A stretch of 63,997 nucleotides of DNA, filler included, from Sandaracinaceae bacterium (GTDB lineage Bacteria > Myxococcota_A > Polyangia > Polyangiales > JADJQN01): NCBI GenBank assembly GCA_947483975.1. It is 11 parts of 11 records of this genome, joined end to end, with 100 filler letters (N's around TTAATTAATTAA, not from the genome) between each part and the next. Parts side by side here need not be neighbours in the genome. Positions count along the whole stretch, not along the records: positions 30,013 to 35,831 come from CANKOL010000331.1; positions 35,932 to 41,734 come from CANKOL010000332.1; positions 41,835 to 47,626 come from CANKOL010000333.1; 8 more parts are not named here. One strand, given 5' to 3'. This document shows positions 31,485 to 42,595 of this stretch, one piece after another; the stretch's first letter is position 1; each line of letters begins with the position of its first letter. A program made the position numbers and the translations under genes. The notes under the pieces are model-generated. The model ran no database searches, was not told the DNA's origin, and saw only the letters and a list, made by a program, of their open reading frames with translations.

Positions 31485-32882
31485 ATGCGGCTGTGGCTCG
31501 GGCTGTCTCTGCTCGGCTCGCTGTGGCTGTGTTCGGCGACGAGCGCGGCCGCGCAGGCGCTCACGCCGCGCAGCTTCGAGATCGACGTCCACAACGGCCC
31601 GGTGCTCGGCTCGAGCCGCATGATCGGGCTCGGCGGCGCGTACTCGGCCGTCGCGACGGGCATCAGCGGCGTCGCCTGGAACCCCGCGTCGTACGCCTCG
31701 CGCGAGCTCTGGGAGACCGACTCGACCGCTTGGGACCTCGCGCTCGGCTTCCTGATTCCGTCGACCTACTCGGGCAGCGACTACGACAACAACGGCGACC
31801 GTAGCGTCAATTACGACGGCTTTCTCTACGGCGACATCGGCCTCGGCGTGCAGCTCGGCGCGTTCGGCTTCGGCTTTCTGCTGCGCTCGTTCACCTACGA
31901 GCTGCGCCTCGACACGCGCGCGATCTCCGTCGGCATGCTCACCGGCTCGTACGGCATCGGCTACGGCTTCCTCGACGGTCAGCTGGTCGTCGGCGGAGGC
32001 GCGCGCACGGCAGCGTTCAGCGTGAAAGAGGGAGGAGTGTCGCTCCTCGAGCTCGCGGGGACGTCGCCCGAGGTCGGCGTGCTCGTGCGGCTCGCGCGTC
32101 AGCCCTGGCGGCTCGGCGCGGCGTTTCGCGCGGGCGTCACCGTCGACGACGAGCGCATCGCGGGAGTGACCTCGAACGACCTCGCCTTGCCGCGCGCCGC
32201 GCACCTGCCGTGGGAGCTGCAGCTCGGCTTCGCCTACCAAGCTGGGGACCGCCCGCTCAATCGTCGCTTCGTCAGCCCGGCGCGCGCAGAGGCGCGCCTC
32301 GCGGCGTACTACCGAGCCCGTCGCGACGAGCGCGCGAAGGCGCAGGTGCTGCGCGAGGCGCGCGAGCGCGGCACGCCCGTCACGCCGGACGCCGAGCCCA
32401 ACGACGCGCGCTGGCTCAGCGAAGAGGACGCGCGCGTCGAGGCGGAGGACGCTCAGCTCGAGCGCGATGTGCGGTACGCCGCCGTGCAGCGCGCGACTGG
32501 CCTGCGCGCGCTCCCACGAGCCCACGTGCTCTTCGCCGGCGAGGTCGTCGTGACCGGCCCGACGAGCGAGGGCGTCGGCGTCGAGGGCTTTCTGCGCGGC
32601 GTACGCGACACCTCGGGCGGCGCGGTCACGGTCAGCGCGCGCCTCGGCGTCGAGCTCGAGCCGTGGGCGGAGCACCTCAAGGTGCGCTGCGGCGGCTACT
32701 ACGAGCCGTCGCGCTTCGACGCGGGCTACGGTCGGATGCACGCGACCGCCGGCTTCGACCTCCATCTGTTCGAGTGGAGCGTCTTCGGGCTGCTCGCTCA
32801 GACCGCGTGGCGCCTCTCGGCGGTCGCCGACCTCGCGCGCCGCTACTTCGACTGGGGCGTCAGCATCGGCGTCTGGCACTGA
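31485..32882 (+). CDS. Outer-membrane beta-barrel protein, FadL/PorV-like
   Basis: Signal peptide; SSRMIGLGGAYSAVA...WNPA plug-like motif; amphipathic beta strands; C-terminal aromatic GVSIGVWH; start ATG 31485. Confidence 0.7.
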   Translation: MRLWLGLSLLGSLWLCSATSAAAQALTPRSFEIDVHNGPVLGSSRMIGLGGAYSAVATGISGVAWNPASYASRELWETDSTAWDLALGFLIPSTYSGSDYDNNGDRSVNYDGFLYGDIGLGVQLGAFGFGFLLRSFTYELRLDTRAISVGMLTGSYGIGYGFLDGQLVVGGGARTAAFSVKEGGVSLLELAGTSPEVGVLVRLARQPWRLGAAFRAGVTVDDERIAGVTSNDLALPRAAHLPWELQLGFAYQAGDRPLNRRFVSPARAEARLAAYYRARRDERAKAQVLREARERGTPVTPDAEPNDARWLSEEDARVEAEDAQLERDVRYAAVQRATGLRALPRAHVLFAGEVVVTGPTSEGVGVEGFLRGVRDTSGGAVTVSARLGVELEPWAEHLKVRCGGYYEPSRFDAGYGRMHATAGFDLHLFEWSVFGLLAQTAWRLSAVADLARRYFDWGVSIGVWH

Positions 32883-32960
32883 GGGCCCGGTCGCGCGCGC
32901 CGCCGCGGGGCACTGCGCGAGGCTGGCGCTCGTTCGTCGTGAGCACTACGTTGGCCGGAC

Positions 32961-34682
32961 TTGCAGCTCCACGGCAACACGCAGGGACTCGCCACCGCCG
33001 AGACGAAAGCGCTCGAGCGCCTCTATCGTCGACGCGTCCCGTTCGATCAGCTGACGACGCACGAGCTCGCGCGCTCGCTCTGCGAGGTCTCGCATCGCAC
33101 CGGGCGGCAGGTCGGCGTGCTCGTCGATCGGCAGGGCGAGGTGGCGTTCGTCATCGTCGGTGACGCGGCGAAGATCATGCTGCCGGACATCGGGCGCCTC
33201 CGCGCGGCGCAGGGGCGCTTTCGCGGGCTGCGCCTGATCCACACGCACCTGCGCACCGAGGCGCTGACGCGGGACGATCTCGTCGATCTGACGCGGCTGC
33301 GCCTCGACCTCGTCGCCGCGATCCTCGTCTCGCCCGAGGGCTTCCCGCAGACGATCTACTGGGCGCACTGCGTCCCGGTGCAGCCCGGCTCGACCGACGA
33401 GCCCTTCCGCAAGTTCGGCCCGATCCCCTACGCGAAGCTCGACTGCAACCCCGCGGAGGTGCTCCCCGCGCTCGAGGCGGAGTTCGCCCGCGCCGCCCGC
33501 ACGCGCGCCGTCGTCGCGAAGGACGGGCGCGCGATCCTCGTGCACGTCACGGACAAGCGGCACAAGGGCGACGCCGCCGAGTCGCTGCGCGAGCTGCGGG
33601 AGCTCGCGCGCACGGCGGGCGTCGAGGTCGTCGACACGGTCTTGCAGGTGCGCGATCAGGTCGATCCGAAGTTCGTCCTCGGCAAGGGGAAGCTCGACGA
33701 GGTCGTCACGCGCGCGATGCAGGACGACGTCGAGGTGCTGATCTTCGACCGCAACCTCAGCCCCGCGCAGGCGACGGCGATCGCGGGCGTCACCGACCTC
33801 AAGGTGCTCGATCGCACGCAGCTGATCCTCGACATCTTCGCGCAGCGCGCCGAGAGCCGCGACGGCAAGCTGCAGGTCGAGCTCGCGCAGATGAAGTACC
33901 TGCTCCCGCGCCTCGGGCAGAAGGACGACGCGCTCTCTCGCCTGACGGGCGGCATCGGCGGGCGCGGTCCCGGCGAGACGAAGATCGAGATCGGGCGCCG
34001 TCGCGCGAACGACCGCGTCTCGCAGCTCGAAGATCAGCTGAAGCACCTCGCCAAGCAGCGCGTCGAGCGGCGCCGCCGTCGCGCGCGCCGCGGTGTGCCG
34101 ATCGTCGCCATCGTCGGCTACACGAACGCGGGCAAGAGCACGCTGCTGAACGCGCTGACGAACAGCGCCGTGCTCGTCGAGGACAAGCTCTTCGCGACGC
34201 TCGACACGCGCTCGCGCCGCATCAAGTTCCCGGACGAGCGCGAGGTCGTCATCACGGACACCGTGGGCTTCATCCGGGAGCTGCCGAAGGCGCTCTTCGC
34301 GGCGTTCCGCGCGACCTTCGAGGAGGCGGAGGACGCCGACCTCCTCTTGCACGTCGTGGACATCGCGGACGTCGCGCACGAGGTGCACATGCAGACGACC
34401 GAGGCGCTCCTCGTCGACCTCGGGCTCGATCAGATGCCGCGGCTCGTCGTCTACAACAAGGCCGATCAGCTGATCCCCGGGCACGCCGCCGCCATCGCGC
34501 GCAGCACCGGCGCCGTCGCCGTCAGCGCGCTCGACCGCGCGTCGCTCGGGCCGCTGCTCGCGCGCATCAACGAGGAGCTCTTCGCGCAGCATGGCAGCGA
34601 CGTCGTCGGGACCGTCGAGCCGCCTGCGCCGATCGAGGAAGACGACGACGGCCGTATGCCGTGGGAAGACGCCGCGGGCTGA
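32961..34682 (+). CDS. hflX: GTPase HflX (long N-terminal form)
   Basis: [63 protein letters not shown]. Confidence 0.95.
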   Translation: MQLHGNTQGLATAETKALERLYRRRVPFDQLTTHELARSLCEVSHRTGRQVGVLVDRQGEVAFVIVGDAAKIMLPDIGRLRAAQGRFRGLRLIHTHLRTEALTRDDLVDLTRLRLDLVAAILVSPEGFPQTIYWAHCVPVQPGSTDEPFRKFGPIPYAKLDCNPAEVLPALEAEFARAARTRAVVAKDGRAILVHVTDKRHKGDAAESLRELRELARTAGVEVVDTVLQVRDQVDPKFVLGKGKLDEVVTRAMQDDVEVLIFDRNLSPAQATAIAGVTDLKVLDRTQLILDIFAQRAESRDGKLQVELAQMKYLLPRLGQKDDALSRLTGGIGGRGPGETKIEIGRRRANDRVSQLEDQLKHLAKQRVERRRRRARRGVPIVAIVGYTNAGKSTLLNALTNSAVLVEDKLFATLDTRSRRIKFPDEREVVITDTVGFIRELPKALFAAFRATFEEAEDADLLLHVVDIADVAHEVHMQTTEALLVDLGLDQMPRLVVYNKADQLIPGHAAAIARSTGAVAVSALDRASLGPLLARINEELFAQHGSDVVGTVEPPAPIEEDDDGRMPWEDAAG

Positions 34683-34742
34683 GCTTCGCGAGGAACGGTT
34701 CCGCTGCCGTCGCGCGTGGGCTGGCGTATGATCGTTCCCCTC

Positions 34743-35831
34743 ATGTCCAAGAACTTCTGCGCTCCGTTCTTTCCAGGGATGGGCCTCGCCCTGCTGCCCG
34801 CCGTGCTCGCGCTGGTCTCCGCGTGCGGTGGCGGCTTGCAGCTGACGCTCGTCGACGCAGCCCATCGCGCGCCGAGCAACGTCGCGATGTACTTCACCGT
34901 GGACACGAGCGGGGATGAGCCGGTTGGCGGGCTCGTCGCCTCGGACTTCCGCATCTACGAGGACGGCGCGCTCGTCAGCGTCGACGAGTCGAAGCAGACG
35001 ATCATCAACCCCGAGGTCGCGGCCGAGCACTACACGCTCTTGCTCGTCGATATGAGCGGCTCGGTGACGGAGAGCGATCAGGTGCCGCTGATCGAGCAGG
35101 CGGCGGCGGCGTTCGCGTCGACCGTCGGCACGACGCAGAAGATCGGCATCTACGCGTTCGACGGCAGCGCCGAGATCCACCCGATCACGCCGTTCACGTC
35201 CTCGGGTAGCGCGGGCGCTGCGGGCGCGGGCCGCATCTCGAATTTTCGGCCGCGGGACCCCTCGACCAACCTGCACGGCGCGATCGTCGCCGCGATCGAC
35301 ACGCTCGACGCCGCGGTCGCGAGCGCGCGCACGCCCCTCGTCTTCGGCACGATCGTCGTGTTCTCGGACGGCACGGATCACGCGGCGCGCGTGTCGTTCG
35401 ACGAGATGGAGAGCCGCCTCGGCGAGTCCGAGCACGACGTGTTCGCGATCGGCGTCGGCAACGAGATCGATGAGAGCACCCTCGCGCGCATCGGGCGCTC
35501 GGGGTCGGTGCGCGTCGAGGACGCGGCGGCGCTGACGCACGCCTTCGAGGACATCGGGCGGCGCATCGTCGCGGCGACGCAGCGCTATTACTTGCTCAGC
35601 TACTGCTCGCCCGCGCGCGCCGGCACGCACGAGGTGACCGTCGAGGCGGTGCAGGGGGAGCTCAGCGGGAGCGTGACGTACGAGTTCGACGCCGCGGGCT
35701 TCGGCCCGCAGTGCAACCCGAACGCGCCCCCGCCCTTCGCCGTCGGCACGCAGCGCGTCGGCTCGGGTCGGCGGGTGCATCAGCGCGCGCCCGGCGCTCG
35801 AGGGCGCGGTCGTGGCGGCGCGGCGCACGTC
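34743..35831 (+). CDS. VWA-domain lipoprotein (3'-truncated)
   Basis: Lipobox VSAC; DFRIYEDG; MIDAS DMSGS, STNLHGA, VFSDG; YYLLSY. Confidence 0.85.
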
Positions 35832-35931
35832 NNNNNNNNNNNNNNNNNNNNNNNNNNNNNNNNNNNNNNNNNNNNTTAATTAATTAANNNNNNNNNNNNN
35901 NNNNNNNNNNNNNNNNNNNNNNNNNNNNNNN

Positions 35932-36991
35932 CGGCACCGCCGACGGCGTCGGCGCCGAGGACGGCGACCTGATCCCCGCCCTTGCCACCGGCGCCCGAGT
36001 GACCGCCCCCCCCGCCGCCGGACTGTCGGCCATCTGTCAAGCCCTGCAGCTGACCGCCCGCCCCGCCCCCGGGGCCCGCTGCCGCGTTGCGCTCGATGCC
36101 GCCGTTACGCCCGCCGGGACCGCCCGTGCCGTCCCGCGCGCCGACGTCGATCACGCCCTCGATCGTCACGCCCCCGGCGACGAGCAGCACGAGCGCGCGC
36201 GCGCCGATGCCCGTGATCGACGCGCCGGTCACGACCGTGAGCGAGCCCATCGCGAAGATGCCGAGCTCCGGCGCGGTGCCGCCCTGCGCCGCAGTGCGGA
36301 ACAGGATGCCCGACGCGTCGCCGGCGGGACCGGCCGCGCGGACCACCGTCGAGCCGTCGCGGATCTCTCCGTTGTCTGTGTTGATGACCCACGAGGGCGT
36401 CGTGACCACGACCGCCGCCGTGCCCGCGAAGAGCAGCTCAGGGTCCGGCACATGGCTCGCGCGCACGCGCCCACACGCGGCGCCGACGCTCGTCTCGAGG
36501 CAGCCGAGCGCGCCACACGGAGTGCTCGTGACGGCGCCCAGCGCGGTGCAGGTCTCGAGCGTGCTGCCGACGCAGCGAGTGACGCACGAAGGGCCGGCAT
36601 CGCTCGGACCCGCATCGACTGGACCCGCATCCACGTCGCCCGCATCGGTCGGACCCGCATCGACCTCGCCCGCGTCGGTCGGACCACCATCGAAGTCGCC
36701 CGCATCGATCGGACCACCATCGAAGTCGCCCGCGTCGACCTCGCCCGCGTCGACCTCGCCCGCGTCGACCTCGCCCGCGTCGACCTGCGCGTCGATGAGG
36801 TCGGCATCGACGTGGGCGTCGGCACCGAGGTCCACGCGCGCGTCCCGACCCGCGTCGCGCACCGCGAGGTCGAGCGTGCCGCCGTCGTCCGCGGTGCCGC
36901 CACCGAGTCCGGCGCGCTCGACCGCACAGCCCGCGCCGAGGAGCGTCGTCAGCGCGCACACGAAGAGAAGCGTGAAGCGAGCTCGACTCAT
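35932..36991 (-). CDS. Gly-rich lipoprotein with long DAG pentapeptide-repeat linker (3'-truncated)
   Basis: Lipobox GAGC; VDAGE/DGGP/DAGP repeats on a 15-bp period around 36600-36790; GGGGGG runs; ATG overlaps the rnc stop (ATGA). Confidence 0.8.
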
Positions 36992-37722
36992 GGACTGCCT
37001 CCGGTCGCCGGCGCGGAAACGTCGGCCTCGAGCGCGACGCGCGCGGCTTGTTGCTCAGCCTCGGACTTCGACCGACCCGTGCCCTCGCCCGCGAGCTCAC
37101 CGTCGATGCGCAGCGCGACGCGGAACGCGCGCTCGTGCTCGGGGCCCTCGACGGAGACGAGCTCGTAGCGAGGCGCGAGGCGCCCAGCGGCCTGCAAGCG
37201 CTCCTGCAGGCGCGTCTTGAAGTCGAGCGCGCCGGGGCTCAGCGCGTCGAAGAGCGGCGCGAACAGCGGACGCCCGAGCGCCATCGCCGCGGCGACGCCG
37301 CCGTCGAGGTAGACCGCCGCAAAACAAGCCTCCAACGCGCCCGCGAGCAGGCGCGGCTTCTCGCGTCCGCCCGAGCGCTCCTCCCCTCGACCGAGGCGCA
37401 GCGCGGCCCCGATGCCGAGCTCTCCAGCGAGCCGCGCGAGCGCCGGGCCGCTGACGAGCGCCGACCGCCGCTGCGTCAGCTCACCCTCGCGCGCGTCCGG
37501 GAAGTGCTCGTGGAGCAAGGTCGCGACGACGAGCCCGACGACCGCGTCGCCGACGAACTCGAGGCGCTCGTTGTCGCGCGCGGAGCCGGGCTGCTCGTGC
37601 ACGAAGGAGCGATGCGTGAGCGCCTCCTCGAGCAGCGCGGGGCGGGAAAAGGCGTGACCGAGCGCCCGCCCGACGGCGTCGGCATCGGGGGGATTGGACG
37701 GGTGCTTCGTGGCGTTGCGCAT
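36988..37722 (-). CDS. rnc: Ribonuclease III
   Basis: ALTHRS, DNERLEFVGDAV, EGELT, LGRGEE, dsRBD DFKTRLQE...GRSKSEAEQQAA. Confidence 0.95.
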   Translation of the reverse strand: MRNATKHPSNPPDADAVGRALGHAFSRPALLEEALTHRSFVHEQPGSARDNERLEFVGDAVVGLVVATLLHEHFPDAREGELTQRRSALVSGPALARLAGELGIGAALRLGRGEERSGGREKPRLLAGALEACFAAVYLDGGVAAAMALGRPLFAPLFDALSPGALDFKTRLQERLQAAGRLAPRYELVSVEGPEHERAFRVALRIDGELAGEGTGRSKSEAEQQAARVALEADVSAPATGGSP

Positions 37723-37799
37723 GCGGTAGGGCCCAGCGGGCCGCCCATCATAGCCGGAGAGCCTTCCGCGCGGTGGAATCGCGAGGTAGCATCGGCGCC

Positions 37800-38111
37800 A
37801 TGCTCATCGAGGACGACAAGCTCCGCGCCAAGAAGATCATCACCGCCGACGGTCGGCAGATCGGGGAGATCGTCAGCCTCCAGATCGAGCTCGACGGCTG
37901 GCAGGTGAAGTGGCTCGACGTGAAGCTGGCGCGCGAGGTCCTCGACGGACTCAAGGTGAAGAAGCCGTTCCTCGGGACGGTGACGATCCGCCTCGCGCCC
38001 GAGCGCGTCCGCAGCGTGACGGATAACGTCGTGCTGACGCTCGACTTCGACGCCTTCGGCACGATGCTCGCGGACGACTCGACCGAGGACGGCGTCGAAA
38101 AGAAGAAGTAG
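37800..38111 (+). CDS. PRC-barrel domain protein
   Basis: LRAKKIITADGRQIGEI..LQIELDGWQV, VRSVTDNVVL; start ATG 37800. Confidence 0.8.
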   Translation: MLIEDDKLRAKKIITADGRQIGEIVSLQIELDGWQVKWLDVKLAREVLDGLKVKKPFLGTVTIRLAPERVRSVTDNVVLTLDFDAFGTMLADDSTEDGVEKKK

Positions 38112-38159
38112 TCCGCCGCTGACCGTCAGTTCAGTACTGCTCATGCCGTCCCCTCCGGC

Positions 38160-38378
38160 ATGACCCGAGTATCCGTTCAAACTGAGTCCCTCCCGTACGC
38201 AGCCGAGCTTCACGGCGGGCGCGTGCGCCTCCTCGTCGCCGGTCGCCTCGCCGGCACCGGCGCTTGGTGCCTCGGCCGCATCTTCCCGATCGACGGCGGT
38301 CGCCTCGGCGTCCCGCGCTACGTCGTCGAGGCGCTCGAGCGGGAGCTCTGCGCGGCGCTCGTGCAGCAAGCCGCCTGA
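38160..38378 (+). CDS. Small hypothetical protein
   Basis: 72-aa ORF filling the gap, GC3-rich in its 3' two-thirds; no motif recognised. Confidence 0.4.
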   Translation: MTRVSVQTESLPYAAELHGGRVRLLVAGRLAGTGAWCLGRIFPIDGGRLGVPRYVVEALERELCAALVQQAA

Positions 38379-38440
38379 GCCGACTCGCCGAAGGGCGCCG
38401 AGCGAATCGCGGCGAAGCCGACGCGGCGCCTGCGCGAACC

Positions 38441-39232
38441 TCAGGGGAAGAAGCCGCGACGCCCGCGGGTCTTCACGCGCGCGGCGAGGCGCAGCAGATC
38501 GGTGCCCGCCCGCAGCATCGCGGTCGAGCCGAGCTTCGAGCCCTGCACGTCGTGCCAGGCGCGCAGCGGCACCTCGAGCAGCTTCTCCGGCGGGAGCGGA
38601 GGCGCGCCCTCGCCGCCCGCGAGCAGCCGACCGAGCAGCTCGACGTCGAACGCCCAGCGGGACGAGAACGGCGCCTCGAGCGCGTGCCGCAGCGCCGCGG
38701 TGCTGCGGAAGAGCTTCGCGCCGCACTGCGTGTCGTAGATCGGCATCTCGAGCACGAGCGACGCCGTCGTCGCGAACAAGCGCCCCATGTAGTGGCGCGT
38801 CGGGTGCCGCGCGACGTCCGCGCCGAGCCGGGCGACGCGCGAGCCCATCACGACGTCGGCGCGCGCCGACTCGAGCTCATCGGCGAGGCGAGAGAGCTCC
38901 TGCGGCGGCGTCGCGAAGTCGGCGTCGTAGTAGCCGACGACGTCCGCGCCGCGGTCGAGCGAGGTGCGCAGCCCCGTCCGGACGGCCTCCGCCTTGCCGC
39001 GGTTCTGCGGGAGCACGAGATAAGAGGCGCGCTCGGGGTGCCGCTCGCAGAGCGCGGCGAGCACGTCACGCGTGCCGTCGCGCGAGCCGTCGTCGACGAA
39101 GAGCACGCTGAGGCGCGGGTCCGTGAGCAGCGCCTCGACCTGCGCGGAGTCGAGCCGCAGCGCCTCGTTGTAACAGGGGATCGTGACGAGCACGGCGGGG
39201 GGCGTAGCATGGCGCCTCGTCGCTGACGACAC
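38441..39232 (-). CDS. GT2 glycosyltransferase (polyprenyl-phosphate glucosyltransferase-like)
   Basis: IPCYNEA, FVDDGSRD, NRGKAEAVRTG, YYDAD, YDTQCGAKLF, WAFDVELL; start GTG uncertain (39232 or 39193). Confidence 0.9.
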   Translation of the reverse strand: MSSATRRHATPPAVLVTIPCYNEALRLDSAQVEALLTDPRLSVLFVDDGSRDGTRDVLAALCERHPERASYLVLPQNRGKAEAVRTGLRTSLDRGADVVGYYDADFATPPQELSRLADELESARADVVMGSRVARLGADVARHPTRHYMGRLFATTASLVLEMPIYDTQCGAKLFRSTAALRHALEAPFSSRWAFDVELLGRLLAGGEGAPPLPPEKLLEVPLRAWHDVQGSKLGSTAMLRAGTDLLRLAARVKTRGRRGFFP

Positions 39233-39312
39233 TCTGCGCGGACCGAGCGCGGCGCCCGCGCCATCGCGGTGAGCGCCTTGAAACCGGCTCGCGGTCGCGT
39301 AAAACGCGCGCG

Positions 39313-39618
39313 ATGAAGCGGAAGCCGATGCTGACCAAGCGCGAGAAGAAGACCCTCGAGCCGCCGCGCGCGCCGAGAGCACGCCCCGTCGCGGGCGCGG
39401 CCGACGGGCACGGCCACGAGCACATCCACTGCGTCGCGTGCGGGCGGCACATCGACGCGAGCGAGCTTCAGGGCGATCAGCCGAAGGCGGCGGTCCTCGC
39501 GTGTCAGCACGGCTCGCGCTTCGCCTCGTGCATCGGCTGCGTCGACGCCAGCCAGAGCCTGCTCGACGAGCACGACCGGCTGAACCTGCCGGTCAAGTCC
39601 GCCGCCGCCTGGCACTGA
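39313..39618 (+). CDS. Small putative metal-binding protein
   Basis: HGHEHIHCVACGRH, CQH, CIGC, EHD, C-terminal WH. Confidence 0.7.
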   Translation: MKRKPMLTKREKKTLEPPRAPRARPVAGAADGHGHEHIHCVACGRHIDASELQGDQPKAAVLACQHGSRFASCIGCVDASQSLLDEHDRLNLPVKSAAAWH

Positions 39619-39744
39619 GCCTCGCGCCCGTCGCCTCGGGTGTGTCGCAGGGCCCACGCCCGGCGTGGGCGGCTCGCCACGGTGACGCGCGCCTCGGGCG
39701 CCTGATGCCGCGGCTTCTCGCACGCCGAGCGCTCGGCCCGGGAC

Positions 39745-41734
39745 TTGAAGAGGTGGCACGGCGTGCCCCTCTCGACCGTCCCCAAGCGCCTCGGAGTCGT
39801 CGGCGCGGCTGCGCTCATCGCGCTCGCCGCGCTCGTCGCGACGCCCTACCCCGCCGAGCGCCTCACGCCGCGCGCGCGGCAGTCGACGCGCGTGGTCGAT
39901 CGGCATGGACGCGTCGTCTGGGAGCGCCCCGCGCTCGACGGCGGCTACGCGCGCTTCGTCTCGCTCGACGAGATCTCGCCCTTCGTCGTGCGGGCGACGC
40001 TCGCGGGTGAGGATCAGAATTTCTACGCGCACGTCGGGCTCGACCCCGTCGGCATCGCCCGCGCGCTCTGGCTCGACGCGCGCGCGGGGCGCCTCGCGTA
40101 CGGCGGCTCGACGCTCACGCAGCAGCTCGCGAAGCTCCTCTCGCGGCAGCCGCGCACGCTGCTCGGCAAGCTCGTCGAGGCGACGGACGCGCTCCGCCTC
40201 GAGCGCACGCTGTCGAAGGATGAGGTGCTCGCGCAGTACCTGAACCGCGCGTACTACGGGCGAAACGCGTACGGCATCGAGGCGGCGGCGCAGCGCTTCT
40301 ACGGCAAGGCCGCGAAGGCGCTGACGCTCGATGAGGCGACGCTGCTCGCGGTGCTGCCGCGGGCGCCGTCCGCCTACGAGCCGGAGCAGCACTCGGCGCG
40401 CGTGCTCGCGCGGCGCGCGAAGATCCTCACGCGGCTCGCGGACCTCGGCTGGGTCGAGCGGGACGCCGCCTCGCGCGCGGCTGCGACGCCGCTCCACACG
40501 CTGCCGTATCCGCACCAGAGCCCCGCGGCGCCGCACCTCGTCGACTGGCTGCTCGTGCACGACGCGCTCCCCGTAGGCGCGCCGCTGGTGCAGACGACGC
40601 TCGATCTCGCGCTGCAAGAGCGCCTCGAGCAGCGCGTGCGCGCGCACCTCCACGACGTCGCCGCGCGCGGCGTGACGCAGGCGGGCGTCGTGGTGGTCGA
40701 CGTGCGCACGGGCGATGTGCTCGCGATGGTCGGCTCGCGCGCGTACGGCGAGCGCGCGGTGCAGGGCTCGGTCAACGCCGTCACGGCGACGCGGCACCCC
40801 GGCTCGACGCTCAAGCCGTTTCTCTATGCGCTCGCGCTCGAGGACGGCGCGCACCCAGGCACGCCCGTCTTCGACGTGCCGACGACGTTCCGCGGCTACG
40901 CGCCGCGCTCGCTCGACGGGCGCTATCGCGGCGTCGTGTCGCTGCGCGAGGCGCTCGGCAGCTCGCTCAACGTGCCGGCGACGCGCCTCGCGTCCGAGGT
41001 CGGCGTCGATCGCTTCGCGCAGACGCTGCGCGCCGCGGGGCTCAGCACGATCGACACGGGCGCCGCGCGGTATGGAGTGTCGCTCGCGCTCGGCGGCGGC
41101 GAGACGCGCCTCGTCGATCTCGCGGAGGCGTACGCGACGCTCGCGCGCGGGGGCGCGCATCAGGCGGTGCGCGTCGTGCTGCCGGGCGACGGCGAGCGCG
41201 ACGCGCGCCCCGTCACGCGCGTGCTCAGCGAGGAGTCCGCGTACCTCACCTCGCGGATGCTCGCGGACGCGCAGGCGCGCCGGCGCACGTTCGGGATGGA
41301 GACGCCGCTCGACTTCGCGTTCGAGGTCGCGGTCAAGACGGGCACCTCGCAGGGCTATCAGGACGACGTCGTCGTCGGCTACACGCCGGAGGTCGTCGTC
41401 GCCGTGTGGGCGGGCAACTTCGACGGCGCGCCGACGCACGAGGTGCTCGCGATGGACGGCGCCGCGCCGCTGTTCCGCGACGCGATGCTCGCGGCGAACG
41501 AGTCGATGCGCGGCGCACATCCAGAACAGCCGCGCTTCGTGCGCCCGGCGGGCATCGTCGAGCGCGAGGTGTGTCCGCTCTCGGGGCTGCTGCGCGGGCC
41601 GCACTGCCCGGACGCGCGGGTCGAAGAGGTCGCGCTCGCGCACGCGCCGACGGCGACCTGCGCTTGGCACCGCGCCGACGGTCTCGCGCTCCCCGCCGAG
41701 GTCAGCGCTTGGCAGGCTGGCGCGACGGCGCTGC
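39745..41734 (+). CDS. pbpC: Penicillin-binding protein 1C-like class A PBP (3'-truncated)
   Basis: Transglycosylase EDQNFYAHVGLD, GGSTLTQQ, YLNRAYYG; transpeptidase GSTLKP, SLN, KTGT; C-terminal CPLSG..GPHCP. Confidence 0.85.
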
Positions 41735-41834
41735 NNNNNNNNNNNNNNNNNNNNNNNNNNNNNNNNNNNNNNNNNNNNTTAATTAATTAANNNNNNNNNN
41801 NNNNNNNNNNNNNNNNNNNNNNNNNNNNNNNNNN

Positions 41835-42208
41835 GGGCGAGCGGCGGCGCGCGGCGCCGGCAGGTCGATGTCGTGCGCCGCGGTCGGCGGCGGCGGTACC
41901 GCGGGCTGCGGCGCGAGCGGCGAGCCGACGATCGTGTGCTTCGCCGTGATGCGCTTGCTCGACTCCACCGGTGCCGGCACGGCGATCGGCGGCAACGGCG
42001 CCGCCGCGACGCCCATCAGCGTGTGCTTCGACACCGTCGGCGGTGGTCGCGGTGGGCTCGCTTCTGCTGTCCCGGGTGGCGCGCCGCCCGGATACACCAT
42101 GAAGGATGTGCCGCACTTGGTGCAGCGCATCTTGATGCCCGCCGCCGGGAGGCGACGTTCATCGAGCTGATAGGAGGCCTTGCAGGATTCGCACTCGACC
42201 GAAATCAT
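41835..42208 (-). CDS. MJ0042-type zinc-ribbon protein, 5' end (truncated)
   Basis: MISVECESCKASYQLDERRLPAAGIKMRCTKCGTSF then a Pro-rich region. Confidence 0.85.
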
Positions 42209-42273
42209 CCGGCGCGAGCCTATCACGGGTGTCCTTGACGCGAGAGGATCTGCGCCAGTACCCTCGCTTCACC

Positions 42274-42582
42274 GTGCCCGTCGAGAAGCGCACCATCACG
42301 CTGGACCTCGCGGGTGCGAAGTACCGGATGACGTCCGATGCGGACGAGGGCCACCTCGAGCGCCTCGCCCAGCTCATCAACGAGCGCCTCAACGCGCTCG
42401 GCACGAAGGCGCTCCGCACCGCGCCCGCGGCGCAGCTCCTCGCGATCGTCGCGCTCGGGCTCGCCGACGACCTCGTCGCCGCCGACAAGCGCGCCCGCGC
42501 GCTCGAGGACACGACCCGCAAGGCGATCGCGAGCGCGATCGAGCGCATCGACCGTCGCCTCGCCGAAGACGCCCACGACTAG
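42274..42582 (+). CDS. zapA: Cell division protein ZapA
   Basis: ITLDLAGAKYRM..DEGHLERLAQLINERL...LAIVALGLADDL followed by coiled coil; sits upstream of ygfA as usual. Confidence 0.85.
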   Translation: MPVEKRTITLDLAGAKYRMTSDADEGHLERLAQLINERLNALGTKALRTAPAAQLLAIVALGLADDLVAADKRARALEDTTRKAIASAIERIDRRLAEDAHD

Positions 42583-42595
42583 CGTGCGCCCGGAG

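Noticed and set aside
32946..35828. Very long antisense or off-frame ORFs (960 aa here; also 38848-41670, 2844-4880, 56873-58993 and many Arg/Ala-rich ORFs)
   Set aside because: Shadow ORFs of real genes, expected from stop-codon scarcity in very high-GC DNA; no motifs.
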